Positions 9,739 through 19,211 of a stretch of 64,000 nt of DNA are shown here, piece by piece (within the stretch, counting starts at the first letter, position 1; each line of letters begins with the position of its first letter). Below the pieces are notes generated by a model. That model was not told the origin of the DNA. It saw only the letters and a program-made list of their open reading frames with translations, and did not search any database. The DNA is taken from positions 46,670 to 110,669 of IMG/VR virus record IMGVR_UViG_3300049571_000582; one strand, given 5' to 3'. The position numbers were made by a program, and so were the translations under genes. This DNA comes from a virus.

Positions 9739-10943
9739 TGGCAATCACAGGACAAGGCCTTAGGTTCGCGCCGCTGTTTTGGATCTTTCACGACCAGTGG
9801 AAATACTTCGATCCCGGCCCCAATGGCAACGCGATCCACAACCACCGCGGACATCTCCACTTCTTCATGCCCAGCTTCAGCCCCACCGCTCCAACCCAGG
9901 ATGCGTTTTCGGGGCAGCAGAACTACAAATTCGACATCAAGGACATCTGGGGTCCCCGATCGGGAGATCCCAACCAGTCGTTCCAGTACACGGTTGTCGG
10001 CAAGCCCAAGTGGTTCTTCCACATCACCGAACTGTGGCGGCGCGTCTTCATTCAGCCGTGGGACGCAGGTCCGGGCGACAAGCCGGCCTGGTCCCGCACC
10101 GGGGTCAAATACGACGCCTCGCCCGCCGACAAGACGATGGGTCCATTTCGCGAGGGCGTCAGCGGTCTGACCACCTATGCCCCCGTGTATATCGAGGGTG
10201 CGAGGAGCCTGCCTGTCGACTACTTCACCTCCTCCGCCCTCTCGCAGGCGGCCCGGGGCAATGCGGTGGCCCAGCGCGCAAAGGCGATTCTGGGAAGCCG
10301 CTACGTTGATGAAAAGTACAACCTGCAGCACAGCAACCTTGTGGCCAACGATTCGCCGCCGGGGGCCCCGGCATTCTCCGACAACTTGTACATCTTCCCC
10401 GTCCTGGAATACCAGAAGGTGATCCAGCTCAATTGGGAGCCGATGCCAGGCTCTCCTCCGGATGTGGCAAGCCTCGACGATGCCGACGAAACCTACGGCG
10501 ACGGCTGGTCATTCGAAGTCCCCATCCCCTTTATCAATCCTCTCACCGGCATCTACCGCAGCCCATTTGCACTGCAGACCGGCGTCGTTCTGCCCTTTGG
10601 CGAGTACAACGATCTCACCCTGCCTGGCGATCGAAAGCTCATCCCCGACGAGCACAAGTTGCGCTATCGGTCGACTCCCTATTCGCTGCAGCATGCACCG
10701 GATCCGGCGCTGGATCTGCCGCCTGAGAAACTCGGCCAGCTCATTGAGCAGTGGCACAACCCCTGGGGCGACGCCGCCGGCGGGAAGATCGTGCAGCAGT
10801 GTCTCGGCGGCGTGATCAATGCCCGGGCAAAGGTCATCGCGCAGCACAAGCTCGGCGGCCGGGTCTCCTTTGACGTGACGGCCTCGCAGTTTCTCCCGAC
10901 GACCGATTTTGCCGGCACCGACCAGGACGGAGCCCCGTCGTGA
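9738..10943 (+). CDS. Hypothetical protein (possibly virion-associated)
   Basis: 401 aa, TAATG coupling to the upstream gene, in the structural block. Confidence 0.7.
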   Translation: MAITGQGLRFAPLFWIFHDQWKYFDPGPNGNAIHNHRGHLHFFMPSFSPTAPTQDAFSGQQNYKFDIKDIWGPRSGDPNQSFQYTVVGKPKWFFHITELWRRVFIQPWDAGPGDKPAWSRTGVKYDASPADKTMGPFREGVSGLTTYAPVYIEGARSLPVDYFTSSALSQAARGNAVAQRAKAILGSRYVDEKYNLQHSNLVANDSPPGAPAFSDNLYIFPVLEYQKVIQLNWEPMPGSPPDVASLDDADETYGDGWSFEVPIPFINPLTGIYRSPFALQTGVVLPFGEYNDLTLPGDRKLIPDEHKLRYRSTPYSLQHAPDPALDLPPEKLGQLIEQWHNPWGDAAGGKIVQQCLGGVINARAKVIAQHKLGGRVSFDVTASQFLPTTDFAGTDQDGAPS

Positions 10944-11569
10944 TAGCACCACCGGCATGGATGGAATCCCGCGGCCGCGGTGCAAAGGTGATGATCCTAG
11001 ACACAGGCGTCAGCGCAGAGGTGTTCCCATTCGAGGCAAGAAAGTTCGTATCCTCCTCCGTCGCTTGCGATCACGGCACCCGGGTCTTCAAGGTCATCGC
11101 CGGTGATGATGGGATCTCTCCGGCGTGCGAGGCCTATGTCGCCGAGGTGGTGGGCACCGGAACATGGGGGGCCGTCGCCGGCGCTTTGAGGTGGGCCGTG
11201 GATCTGGGCGTCGACGTCGTGAACATGAGCTTCGCGTGCCCCGCCTCGGACGCGGATGCCGACAAGTTGCTCGACCAGCTCAACCATCGAGGTGTCCTGC
11301 TGGTCGCTGCCTACAACCGGTGGCTTCACTGGCCCCACGCCCACGAAGCAGTCATCGCCGTCGGCCCTGAGGGGGAGACACGCTGCGATCTGGAGGCACC
11401 AAAAGAATACCCCGTGGAGATCTCGGGCAAATCCGAGCTCTTCACGGGGTCGTCCGCATCCGCTGCGGTGGTGTCGGGGATCGCGGCGTGCGCCAAGGCG
11501 ACAGATCGGTCAATCAATCGCCTGCGGTTCCTCCGCGACCTCCGAGGTCGTCAGGACTTGAGGCGGTAA
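10940..11569 (+). CDS. Minimal subtilisin-like serine peptidase (S8)
   Basis: Catalytic motifs ILDTG, DHGT and FTGSSASAA, plus VDVVNMSF. Confidence 0.85.
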   Translation: MIAPPAWMESRGRGAKVMILDTGVSAEVFPFEARKFVSSSVACDHGTRVFKVIAGDDGISPACEAYVAEVVGTGTWGAVAGALRWAVDLGVDVVNMSFACPASDADADKLLDQLNHRGVLLVAAYNRWLHWPHAHEAVIAVGPEGETRCDLEAPKEYPVEISGKSELFTGSSASAAVVSGIAACAKATDRSINRLRFLRDLRGRQDLRR

Positions 11570-11793
11570 CCCGTCGCCGTCGGGCGGAAGCGGCGGATCG
11601 AGACGCGGGTCTTGGGTACGTGGCCGTTGCGGCTGGACTTGGAGTTGGTGCCTGTGAGCACCGTGCACTGGGCGTACTGGCCGTCGTCGGAGATGCTGTC
11701 GATGCGAAGCGTGCGGCCCTTCGCACGCTTGTCGCAATCCTCCCAGACCTGACCGACTTTGACTTTGGGCATTTCCTTCATCGGGTTCTCCAT
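11551..11793 (-). CDS. Small basic hypothetical phage protein
   Basis: VGQVWEDCDKR...RTLRI SH3-like pattern. Start may be 11781 or 11772. Confidence 0.6.
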   Translation of the reverse strand: MENPMKEMPKVKVGQVWEDCDKRAKGRTLRIDSISDDGQYAQCTVLTGTNSKSSRNGHVPKTRVSIRRFRPTATGYRLKS

Positions 11794-11796
11794 GTT

Positions 11797-12141
11797 TCAG
11801 GCGGGCACATGCTCCCGCAGGTCATCATCTTCGCCTTCGTCGTCATCCTCGTCATCGCCCTCTTCGCTGCCGATGTTGGACGCCTGGACTTCGAGGATGT
11901 CCTTGTTGGCGTCGAGCATCATGGTGGCCCACTCGCTCCCCATCTTGGCGAGGGATTCGAGCGTCGCGACGACCAGCTTGGCAGAATCCTCAGCCGTGAT
12001 CGACATGTGCTCGAGCGAGCCCTCCTGGGCAAGGGCGACGATCACCATGGGGATCTGGACGTAGGCCTGTGTCGGCATCACGACGCCGGTCATCTGCCCC
12101 GGATCTGCCCCCATGAACGTCTTGTATGGTGCAGTCAGCAT
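11797..12141 (-). CDS. Hypothetical protein with acidic C-terminal tail
   Basis: ATG 12141 (MLTAPYKTF) after a GGAG RBS, directly downstream of thyA. Confidence 0.7.
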   Translation of the reverse strand: MLTAPYKTFMGADPGQMTGVVMPTQAYVQIPMVIVALAQEGSLEHMSITAEDSAKLVVATLESLAKMGSEWATMMLDANKDILEVQASNIGSEEGDDEDDDEGEDDDLREHVPA

Positions 12142-12160
12142 GGCTGCGGTTACTCCGAAG

Positions 12161-13123
12161 TTAGACGGCCACCTTGAACTTGATCGCCGGGTGCGGGTTG
12201 TAGCCTTCGAGCTTGAAGTCCTCGAACACCAACTCGTTGAAGGGCTTCTTGGCGATCGTGAGCTTGGGCAGGGGCCGGAACTCGCGGGTGAGCTGCTCCT
12301 GCAGCCCGGGCACGTGATCGAACTCGGCTCCCGACCCGTCCGCCTTGGCGGTGTAGATGTGGGCGTCAATGATGGTGTGGGCGAACTCGCCAACCTCCAT
12401 CCCGACTTCCTGGGCGATCATCTGGGTGAGGGTCGCGTAGCTGGCCAGGTTGAAGGGGATGCCCAGGGCGATGTCACCGGACCGCTGGGTGAGGTGGCAG
12501 TTGAGTTTGCTGACCCCGGCCGCGGCATTATCGACGTAGCAATCGCAGTCTCCACAGAATCCTGCGCCATGACGAACTGCAAGGGGGGCACGGCAATGAG
12601 GGCACACTTCCGTGGGCGTCACGTTGAAGGCAAATGTGTAGTGGCACGGAGGCAGCTTCGACTTCGTCGCGTTGCCCGGCTCCCACGCCGAGACGACCAG
12701 CCGGCGGCTCATGGGGTTGCGTTTGAGCTCGTCGATGACGAACTGGATCTGGTCGACACTCTGGTTGCTGGCGTTGGTAAAACTCGACTCCTCGTAGGTG
12801 TCCATGCGGCCGCAGGGGCTGGGGAAGTTCCTCCAGTAGTGGCCGTAAGCCGTCTCCAGGTTCCCAGCCGCGTCTGCCCAGTCGTTCCAGATCTTCGACT
12901 TCTCGCGGAAATTCCGGATATGGTTCTCGCCGGAGAGGAACCACAAAAGCTCGTGCAGGCACGCGTCGAAGTTGACCTTCTTCGTGGTCAGCAGGGGGAA
13001 TCCCTCCGCCAGGTCCACCTTGTAGAAGGCCCCGAAGTAGCTGATGGTGTCGACGCCGGTGCGGGAGGGCTTGCGGACGCCCTTGTCGATGACGAGCTTA
13101 ATGAGATCGTGATATTGCTTCAC
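12161..13123 (-). CDS. thyA: Thymidylate synthase ThyA with a Cys-rich insertion
   Basis: SRTGVDT, FPLLTTKK, ELLWF, SRR, LPPCH, QRSGD, LGIPFN, DAHIY. Confidence 0.97.
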   Translation of the reverse strand: MKQYHDLIKLVIDKGVRKPSRTGVDTISYFGAFYKVDLAEGFPLLTTKKVNFDACLHELLWFLSGENHIRNFREKSKIWNDWADAAGNLETAYGHYWRNFPSPCGRMDTYEESSFTNASNQSVDQIQFVIDELKRNPMSRRLVVSAWEPGNATKSKLPPCHYTFAFNVTPTEVCPHCRAPLAVRHGAGFCGDCDCYVDNAAAGVSKLNCHLTQRSGDIALGIPFNLASYATLTQMIAQEVGMEVGEFAHTIIDAHIYTAKADGSGAEFDHVPGLQEQLTREFRPLPKLTIAKKPFNELVFEDFKLEGYNPHPAIKFKVAV

Positions 13124-13308
13124 GTGGATTTCCTTTTGTATTTGTTCCGTGCCCTGCTGCGGTCGACGCGGATCACGTCGGCGACCACATAGGCCAGCAG
13201 GGCCCTTTGTTCTCTGCTCAAGAAGTCGTGGCGTGTGTGCTCAACGAATTTCTCGCACACTCGCTGACCCATCTTGAACGCATTGGGCAGACGCTTCAGC
13301 TTCGGCAC
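13120..13308 (-). CDS. Small basic hypothetical protein
   Basis: AGGAGG RBS; GTGA overlap with thyA. Confidence 0.65.
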   Translation of the reverse strand: MPKLKRLPNAFKMGQRVCEKFVEHTRHDFLSREQRALLAYVVADVIRVDRSRARNKYKRKST

Positions 13309-13317
13309 AAGGCCTCC

Positions 13318-14319
13318 TTATTCGGTCCGCTCATTCTCCGCGGCCACCACATCGGCCATCTCGCCAATGGGCTCACCGCTCGATTCTTCGGGGGTGCTGG
13401 CCGGGGCCTCCGCGGCAGCCTCGCCGCCATCGGTGGCCGACGTGGCCGGCTCATCGAAGTTCACTGGCGCGGACTCGGTGTCGCTGGGCGATTCGCTGGA
13501 GGTCTCCATGGCATCGCCCATGGCCTTGGCGACTTCGCTGGCGAAGGTGTCGGCGACGGGCGTGGACACTTCGCCCGGGGCCTTGGCCAGAGCGCCCGCG
13601 AGGCGACGGCAGATGTTCATGGCCTTGGTCTCGTCGGCTTCGCTGGCGTTGAAGGTGAAGAAGGCCGAGGGGCGAAGGGTGAGGGTGATGGGCTTGGAGA
13701 GCTGCTGGCCGCTGTACTTGACGCGGACCGTGGCGAGGCGTTCGCGGTGCTCCTGGATGAAGGACATCGCGTTGGCCGCCGGCAGTTCCTTGGGAAACTT
13801 CACGGTGTAGCCGCCCTTGATCTGGTCGTCGGTGGCGTCGACGTAGCTGTTGACCTTGGCCGACACGAGCGTGAGGCTCTTGGTCTCGGGGTGGTCGCGC
13901 AGCTTGATGACCGACTCGTAGACATCCATCGGGATGAACCGCACCGTCGGGGCGTCGTCGGAGAATTCCAGAACGCCCAGGAGCTCGGCAACCTTGTCGA
14001 GGCTCTTGACCGAGCCGGTGAAGACTTCCAGCACGCCCACCTTGTCGGTCGGCGAGAATTCCCGCAGCATCGCTTCAAAAAGCTGCGTCTTGGGGAGCTG
14101 CTTGGTCTCCAGGCCGCCCTTGACCGTCTCGATCTGCGGCACCTTGATGGTCTGGGTGGTGTAGGAGGTGAACTGCAGCTTGCCCTCGATGATGTCGTGG
14201 ACGACCTGCACACCATATTCCTTGTCGGAGGGGCGGCCGAGCTGGTCGAGGGCGACCTTGGCGACCATGAGCGAGGGAGCTCGGTCGACCAAACCAATGT
14301 TGATTTTGAACGAAGTCAT
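13318..14319 (-). CDS. Hypothetical protein with Ala/Glu/Ser-rich disordered C-terminus
   Basis: ATG 14319 (MTSFKIN) after GGAGAG; strong GC3 bias. Confidence 0.78.
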   Translation of the reverse strand: MTSFKINIGLVDRAPSLMVAKVALDQLGRPSDKEYGVQVVHDIIEGKLQFTSYTTQTIKVPQIETVKGGLETKQLPKTQLFEAMLREFSPTDKVGVLEVFTGSVKSLDKVAELLGVLEFSDDAPTVRFIPMDVYESVIKLRDHPETKSLTLVSAKVNSYVDATDDQIKGGYTVKFPKELPAANAMSFIQEHRERLATVRVKYSGQQLSKPITLTLRPSAFFTFNASEADETKAMNICRRLAGALAKAPGEVSTPVADTFASEVAKAMGDAMETSSESPSDTESAPVNFDEPATSATDGGEAAAEAPASTPEESSGEPIGEMADVVAAENERTE

Positions 14320-14344
14320 TGTGCTCTCCAGAGGAAAAAACGAA

Positions 14345-14831
14345 CTACCACACCAGCGACTCTGCCGGCATGATGGAATCAAAACCTTCTTGAATCGTGG
14401 GGGGTTCCCACATCTCTTGGTGGCGATGAGCGGCCCGCACCCAGTGCTCCAAGTTCAGCCCGCGGGAATCCCGCTGAGTGTCGCCGCCGGGCGTGGACCT
14501 CTGGGCCATCATTGGGAAACAGGACGCCATGCACTGATGCATCGAGAGACTTGGCCGAGGCGATGAATCGAGCTCGCGCCAGCCGCCCCATGTTCGGGCG
14601 GTCGACGACGACATCCCGACCCAGCGACAAGGCGGAGTTGAGCATGCTCATCTCGATCGACTTGTAGAGGTGCTTCAGCGACTTGGAGTAGCGGCCATAG
14701 AGCCCGCCGTGACACATGGCCACAATCGCATCATCGTTAATGACGATGGAGCCGGCGGCCGCCGCCTCTCTTGCCTTGGTGGACTTTCCCGAACAGATGG
14801 GGCCGATGAAAATGAAAACTTGTGGTGTCAT
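14345..14831 (-). pseudogene. AAA_33 / polynucleotide-kinase-like P-loop protein with an apparent 1-nt frameshift near 14470-14472
   Basis: Walker A GPICSGKST and VVVDRPN in one frame; the family-like C-terminus DSRG...EPPTIQEGFDSI is in another frame. Confidence 0.7.
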
Positions 14832-14839
14832 CGCCTCAA

Positions 14840-14850
14840 AGATCGGGCAA
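14840..14850 (-). promoter_or_regulatory. TTGCCCGATCT motif copy
   Basis: Exact motif immediately upstream of the GAGG RBS and ATG 14831. Confidence 0.65.
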
Positions 14851-14866
14851 ACCACGAAGTTTGTTT

Positions 14867-15181
14867 TTAGTCGGGCAGGCGAGTGTCGATATTGATAGCC
14901 GCCGTCCGCCGTACGTCCTCGGCGACCTTGAGCGCCTTGGCGAGCCCGTCGTGCTCGAGCCGGCCATCGGCCTTGATGGCGGAGATGTAGGAGTCGAGCC
15001 CGTTGAGGGCGAACTCGTCTTTCATGTTGAGGACAAAGAACAGGTCATTGACCGACTTGCCCGCCGTGCGCCTGGCTTCCTGGATCGTCTTGAGGATGTC
15101 CAGCAGCTGGGCCTTCTGGGCTTGATTGAGATACATCTTCGCGTCTTCGTTCTTGAAGATGACGTATTTGTTCTGGGCCAC
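14867..15181 (-). CDS. Hypothetical protein
   Basis: GAGGAGG RBS, GTG start, 104 aa. Confidence 0.75.
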   Translation of the reverse strand: MAQNKYVIFKNEDAKMYLNQAQKAQLLDILKTIQEARRTAGKSVNDLFFVLNMKDEFALNGLDSYISAIKADGRLEHDGLAKALKVAEDVRRTAAINIDTRLPD

Positions 15182-15198
15182 TGCCCCCTCCTCTGAAA

Positions 15199-17445
15199 TC
15201 AGGCCGCCAGTTTCATGACGGTGTTGGTGAGACGTTCCATTAGGTACGTGTTACGCTTTGAGACCTGGTTGTTGCGGACAGCCATGGAAACGGCCTGCGG
15301 GTGGGCGACGAGAATCACGAGCTTGCGGCTTCTCGTCACGCCGGTGTAGAGCATGTTCCGCTGGAGCATTTTGAAGTGCCCAGTGTGCAAGCACATGATC
15401 ACAACCGGGTATTCAGACCCCTGGCTCTTGTGGACGGTGCAGGCATACGCCAGCATCAAATCGTTCCAGTCGACACGCTCCAACTCTTTGTCCTGGCCGT
15501 CGAAGGAGCCAATCAGCTTGACGACCTCGGCCTCGGCGTTGCGTTCGAATCGCACGATTCGCCCCTGATCGCCGTTGCACAGGCCCGTTTCCCGGTTGTT
15601 GCGGGTGTTCATCATCCGGTCGCCGGACCCCCACCGCGTGCCGAAACGATCAATGCTGTCTTCTGGATTGGGGTTGATGACGTCCTGCACCTGCTTGTTC
15701 AGATTCTCCACACCAGCAGCGCCCTTTTTCATGGGCGAGAGAACCTGAACATCCTCAGCGGGGTTGAAGCCAAACGCAGGCACGAGCTTCGACACGCACC
15801 ACCGCACGATGGCGGCCTGCTTTTCCTGGTCGTCGCACTCGATGAGCATCATGTCGGTCTTGGGCCAGCCCCGGGCCTTGATGATTTCCCGGCTGACCTT
15901 CTGGATCTGCGGCGTCACGCCGTTGTTGATGTCGTGGGCATGGCGGACAATGTCGGACCCCACCGCCTGACGCTGGGGCTTGGTGAGTTTGGTGGCGGCG
16001 ATTTTCGGGCACCCGAGGAGGTCCCGGAGAACCGACCCGGGGCCGACCGACGGGAGCTGGTCGGCGTCTCCAACGAAGATAACGATGCAGCTGGGGTGGA
16101 CGTAGCTTAGGAGCCATGCAAGAACCTCGATGTCGACCATCGACACTTCGTCGATGATCAGCACGCCACGCATCAGCACGTCTTCGATCGCCGCTCCATC
16201 CTTGATCATTTTGGAGAGACTGTGAAGCCGGCGGTGGATCGTCTCGGCGTACCTGCCGATCACCTCGCTCATTCGCTTGGCCGCACGGCCGGTGGGGGCC
16301 AGCATGTTGATCATGAGGCCGGCCCGTTCGTAGCCGGCGACGAGGGCGCGAGTGATGGTGGTCTTGCCGGTGCCGGGGCCGCCGGTGAGAACCGCCAGCT
16401 TGCTTCGAAGCGTGCGATCGATGGCCTCGATCTGCACAGGATCCAGTGTCAGGCCGGTGGAGGAGGAGGCACCTTCGATGATTGCATCGAGGTCATCGCC
16501 GGCAAGTTCCGGTGGCATGGGCTGGGAAAGAATCGCGAGCAGCTTTTCTGCAGCCTTGGTCTCGCAGTTAAAGATCTTCGGGTCGTAGATCCGGCCTGAA
16601 TCGTCGATCACGATACCCCGCTCCGCCGCATCGCTGACGGCCGCGTCGACATCTTCGACAGTTATCTGGCGATGATTCAGGAGCTCGTGGGTGACGCGGA
16701 TCAGGTCTTGGCGGTACAGGAAACACTCGCCCGGACCTGAGGACGCTTCCTGGAGCACGAACAGGGCACACGCCCGGACGCGGCGAATGTCCGTCTCAGC
16801 AAGGCCCAGGTGGATGGCGATTTCGTCAGCCTTCTTGAAGCCGATCCCCTTGATGTCGCGGCACAGGCAGTAGGGGTCTTCCGATACCTTTTGCTCCGCC
16901 TGGTCGCCATATTCCCGCAGGATTCGGGACACAAAGGTGCCGGTGATGCCGGCGCGGGTAGCGAACTGAAGAAACTTCCGCTCCGCCCGCTTCTCGTCCC
17001 ACGCCTTCTTAATACCCTCCGCACGCACCTTGTCGATGCCGGGAACGTCGTAGAGTCGGTCGAGGTCGTCGTCGAGGATCTTGAACGTGTCCATACCGAA
17101 CGTGTCGACGATGGCACGTGCGGTCTTGGGGCCAACGCTGTAAACGTTGTGCGTGAGGTACTTGAGAATCTCGGTGACGGTCTGAGGCTCAAGGACACTG
17201 ACGTCGGTGACCTGGAGCTGCGGTCCATACTTCGATCGAGTGATCTCACCAGAGACTGATACTCGCTGACCCACCGCCAGGGACGCGATCCCGCCAACGA
17301 TCGTGACCCGTCCCCGGTCGTCCTTGTAGGGGGCGAAAGTGCCCTCGTCGACCTTCAGTCGCATGGCACCCCAGCCGCTCTCCGGCTTTGCCGAGATCAC
17401 GGCGTCGATGATGCCGCTGAGCTGCAACTCATTTCCCGAAGTCAT
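15199..17445 (-). CDS. recD2: RecD2-like SF1B DNA helicase
   Basis: N-terminal OB plus HhH motifs (VGPKTA, GIGFKKAD), Walker A GGPGTGKT, DEVSM, GDADQLPSVGPG, HKSQGSEY, YTGVTR. Confidence 0.93.
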   Translation of the reverse strand: MTSGNELQLSGIIDAVISAKPESGWGAMRLKVDEGTFAPYKDDRGRVTIVGGIASLAVGQRVSVSGEITRSKYGPQLQVTDVSVLEPQTVTEILKYLTHNVYSVGPKTARAIVDTFGMDTFKILDDDLDRLYDVPGIDKVRAEGIKKAWDEKRAERKFLQFATRAGITGTFVSRILREYGDQAEQKVSEDPYCLCRDIKGIGFKKADEIAIHLGLAETDIRRVRACALFVLQEASSGPGECFLYRQDLIRVTHELLNHRQITVEDVDAAVSDAAERGIVIDDSGRIYDPKIFNCETKAAEKLLAILSQPMPPELAGDDLDAIIEGASSSTGLTLDPVQIEAIDRTLRSKLAVLTGGPGTGKTTITRALVAGYERAGLMINMLAPTGRAAKRMSEVIGRYAETIHRRLHSLSKMIKDGAAIEDVLMRGVLIIDEVSMVDIEVLAWLLSYVHPSCIVIFVGDADQLPSVGPGSVLRDLLGCPKIAATKLTKPQRQAVGSDIVRHAHDINNGVTPQIQKVSREIIKARGWPKTDMMLIECDDQEKQAAIVRWCVSKLVPAFGFNPAEDVQVLSPMKKGAAGVENLNKQVQDVINPNPEDSIDRFGTRWGSGDRMMNTRNNRETGLCNGDQGRIVRFERNAEAEVVKLIGSFDGQDKELERVDWNDLMLAYACTVHKSQGSEYPVVIMCLHTGHFKMLQRNMLYTGVTRSRKLVILVAHPQAVSMAVRNNQVSKRNTYLMERLTNTVMKLAA

Positions 17446-17457
17446 GGATTCCTGCCC

Positions 17458-17488
17458 AAAAGAAAGCGGCCCACCTCGGGGCCGCCTT
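17458..17488 (-). terminator. Rho-independent terminator-like hairpin upstream of recD2
   Basis: GCGGCCC-loop-GGGCCGC followed by TTTCTTTT on the - strand. Confidence 0.55.
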
Positions 17489-17490
17489 GT

Positions 17491-17501
17491 AGATCGGGCA
17501 A
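17491..17501 (-). promoter_or_regulatory. TTGCCCGATCT motif copy
   Basis: Exact motif, intergenic, 45 nt upstream of recD2. Confidence 0.6.
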
Positions 17502-17530
17502 GATTCACAAGATGTTGTTGCAAACATCCC

Positions 17531-19051
17531 CTATGCCGCTTTTTCGACCTCGCCGAGGTACGTGTAGGTGAAGGAGCCGGCAAGGCCGCGGTCCTTGCTC
17601 CAAAGGAACAGATCCGCCTGTCGTGGGGAGTTGCAATAGCCCATGGCGTGGTGCCATGCATCGGTTCCGCCGAGGCTCGGAACCCGGCGGATGGTCACCC
17701 CGTCGATGGTGTCGGTCATCACTCGATCTTGAATGGCCGGCCCGGTTTTGTTCAACTGCCGGCGCTTCTCCTCCCGCTTGTGAAGATGCCCCAGGTGCCA
17801 CTCGTAAACCCTGGAGCGGGCGAAGGATTGCTTGGCTTCGTGTGCCATCAGCATCGGGTAGTTGAGGAACTTTTCCTTGTCGCCGTGAGACCAGCCAATC
17901 AGATTGATGCCGAAGTTGTGGTACTTCCGGAGGGGAGGGGTGTTGTCGATGGCCACGTTGGCCGCATTGCGGAACCACGATTCCAACGTGTCGCCGAAGA
18001 AGAACATCTTCGACTGGTCGTGGTTGCCTGGGACGATGACGATCTTCACGGGTGCGATCTGTCGCAGCTGCTCAACCTTCTTGACGATCGTGTTCTTCAT
18101 GCGTCGGAAGGTCTTTTGCCAGCGGCTGTCAACATCCTGGCGGGTGCCGGCAGTGGTGGTGTTCTCGGGAGTGTCCACATGGAAGAAGTCATTGCCCAGG
18201 GGCAAGAGGATCTCTTCAATCGCAAGGCCGGTGGCCCGCTGCATCAGTGAATCGATGGCGCGAGAATAGATCGCTTCGGAGAGGGAAGATTCGTAATTGG
18301 TGCCGGTCTCCGCCTCCCAAGCGAGCTTGCCGTGGTGCGGGTCAGGGGCGAAGAGCTCGAGCGAGAACCGCTCCTGCTCCATTGCAATGTGGGGATAGCG
18401 AACGGGGCGAAGGGTGGGTGAATGGGCAGCCACTTCCCGAAGGAGCGATGCACGAATGGCTTTGAGCTCCTCGGTCTTGTCGGCCGAATGGCGGGTGAAG
18501 CTGACCTCCACCGACCACATCTCCAGCACGGTTGCCTGCCGACGCCAATCATTGACTGCGCCGGGCGTCTGGAAGCTGCGGGAACGGAAGAAGCCGCTGT
18601 ATTTCTTGGCCTTCCAACGCTCCACCTGCCACACCGACAGGTCCACCTTTGCCTTCTTGATCGCCTCCTCGAGAGCTCCCTCCTGCGTCTCGGCCTCAAC
18701 GAGCTTGACGCAGACATCCTGGGAATCAGTGCCGACGGCATAAGAGACCTCGGCATCGTCGGGTATGCTAGCCGCGGGGGTCCCGGGAGCCTTGGACTTC
18801 GCGCGGTGACGCTGGAGTCCTTCAGGGCCGTGAAGGTATTTCAGGAACAACTCGGTGCAGTTCGAGGATGACTTGGACGCCGGGTTGTCTTTGAGCCACT
18901 GTTTCATCCACGCCTTCAGTCGCAGGTGGCGTCCCCTTACCTGGTGGCGGGTCGCCGCGCCGGTCGAAGTTGCCACGTTTGCGTACGTTGCATCCTTGCC
19001 CTTGCTCAGGATGCTGCTGTCGATTTCATAAGACCAGATTTGTGAAGCCAT
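17531..19051 (-). CDS. Calcineurin-like metallophosphoesterase
   Basis: DPHHG, GNDFFH, GNHD, HGD and GHLH motifs. Confidence 0.88.
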   Translation of the reverse strand: MASQIWSYEIDSSILSKGKDATYANVATSTGAATRHQVRGRHLRLKAWMKQWLKDNPASKSSSNCTELFLKYLHGPEGLQRHRAKSKAPGTPAASIPDDAEVSYAVGTDSQDVCVKLVEAETQEGALEEAIKKAKVDLSVWQVERWKAKKYSGFFRSRSFQTPGAVNDWRRQATVLEMWSVEVSFTRHSADKTEELKAIRASLLREVAAHSPTLRPVRYPHIAMEQERFSLELFAPDPHHGKLAWEAETGTNYESSLSEAIYSRAIDSLMQRATGLAIEEILLPLGNDFFHVDTPENTTTAGTRQDVDSRWQKTFRRMKNTIVKKVEQLRQIAPVKIVIVPGNHDQSKMFFFGDTLESWFRNAANVAIDNTPPLRKYHNFGINLIGWSHGDKEKFLNYPMLMAHEAKQSFARSRVYEWHLGHLHKREEKRRQLNKTGPAIQDRVMTDTIDGVTIRRVPSLGGTDAWHHAMGYCNSPRQADLFLWSKDRGLAGSFTYTYLGEVEKAA

Positions 19052-19134
19052 TAGACCCCCTTGAAATAGCCCCCGCGGATTGCACCATTGATGATACTGA
19101 TGGATATGTGCTAAATAGCTCGGCCAAATCCATC

Positions 19135-19171
19135 AAAAAGAGAACCCCACCAGTTGCCTAATGGGGTTCTC
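19135..19171 (-). terminator. Rho-independent terminator after nrdJ
   Basis: GAGAACCCCA / TGGGGTTCTC 10-bp stem followed by TTTTT on the - strand. Confidence 0.75.
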
Positions 19172-19211
19172 AGTCGCATATTTCTGTTGTTTTTACCGAA
19201 AGCCAGAGGCC

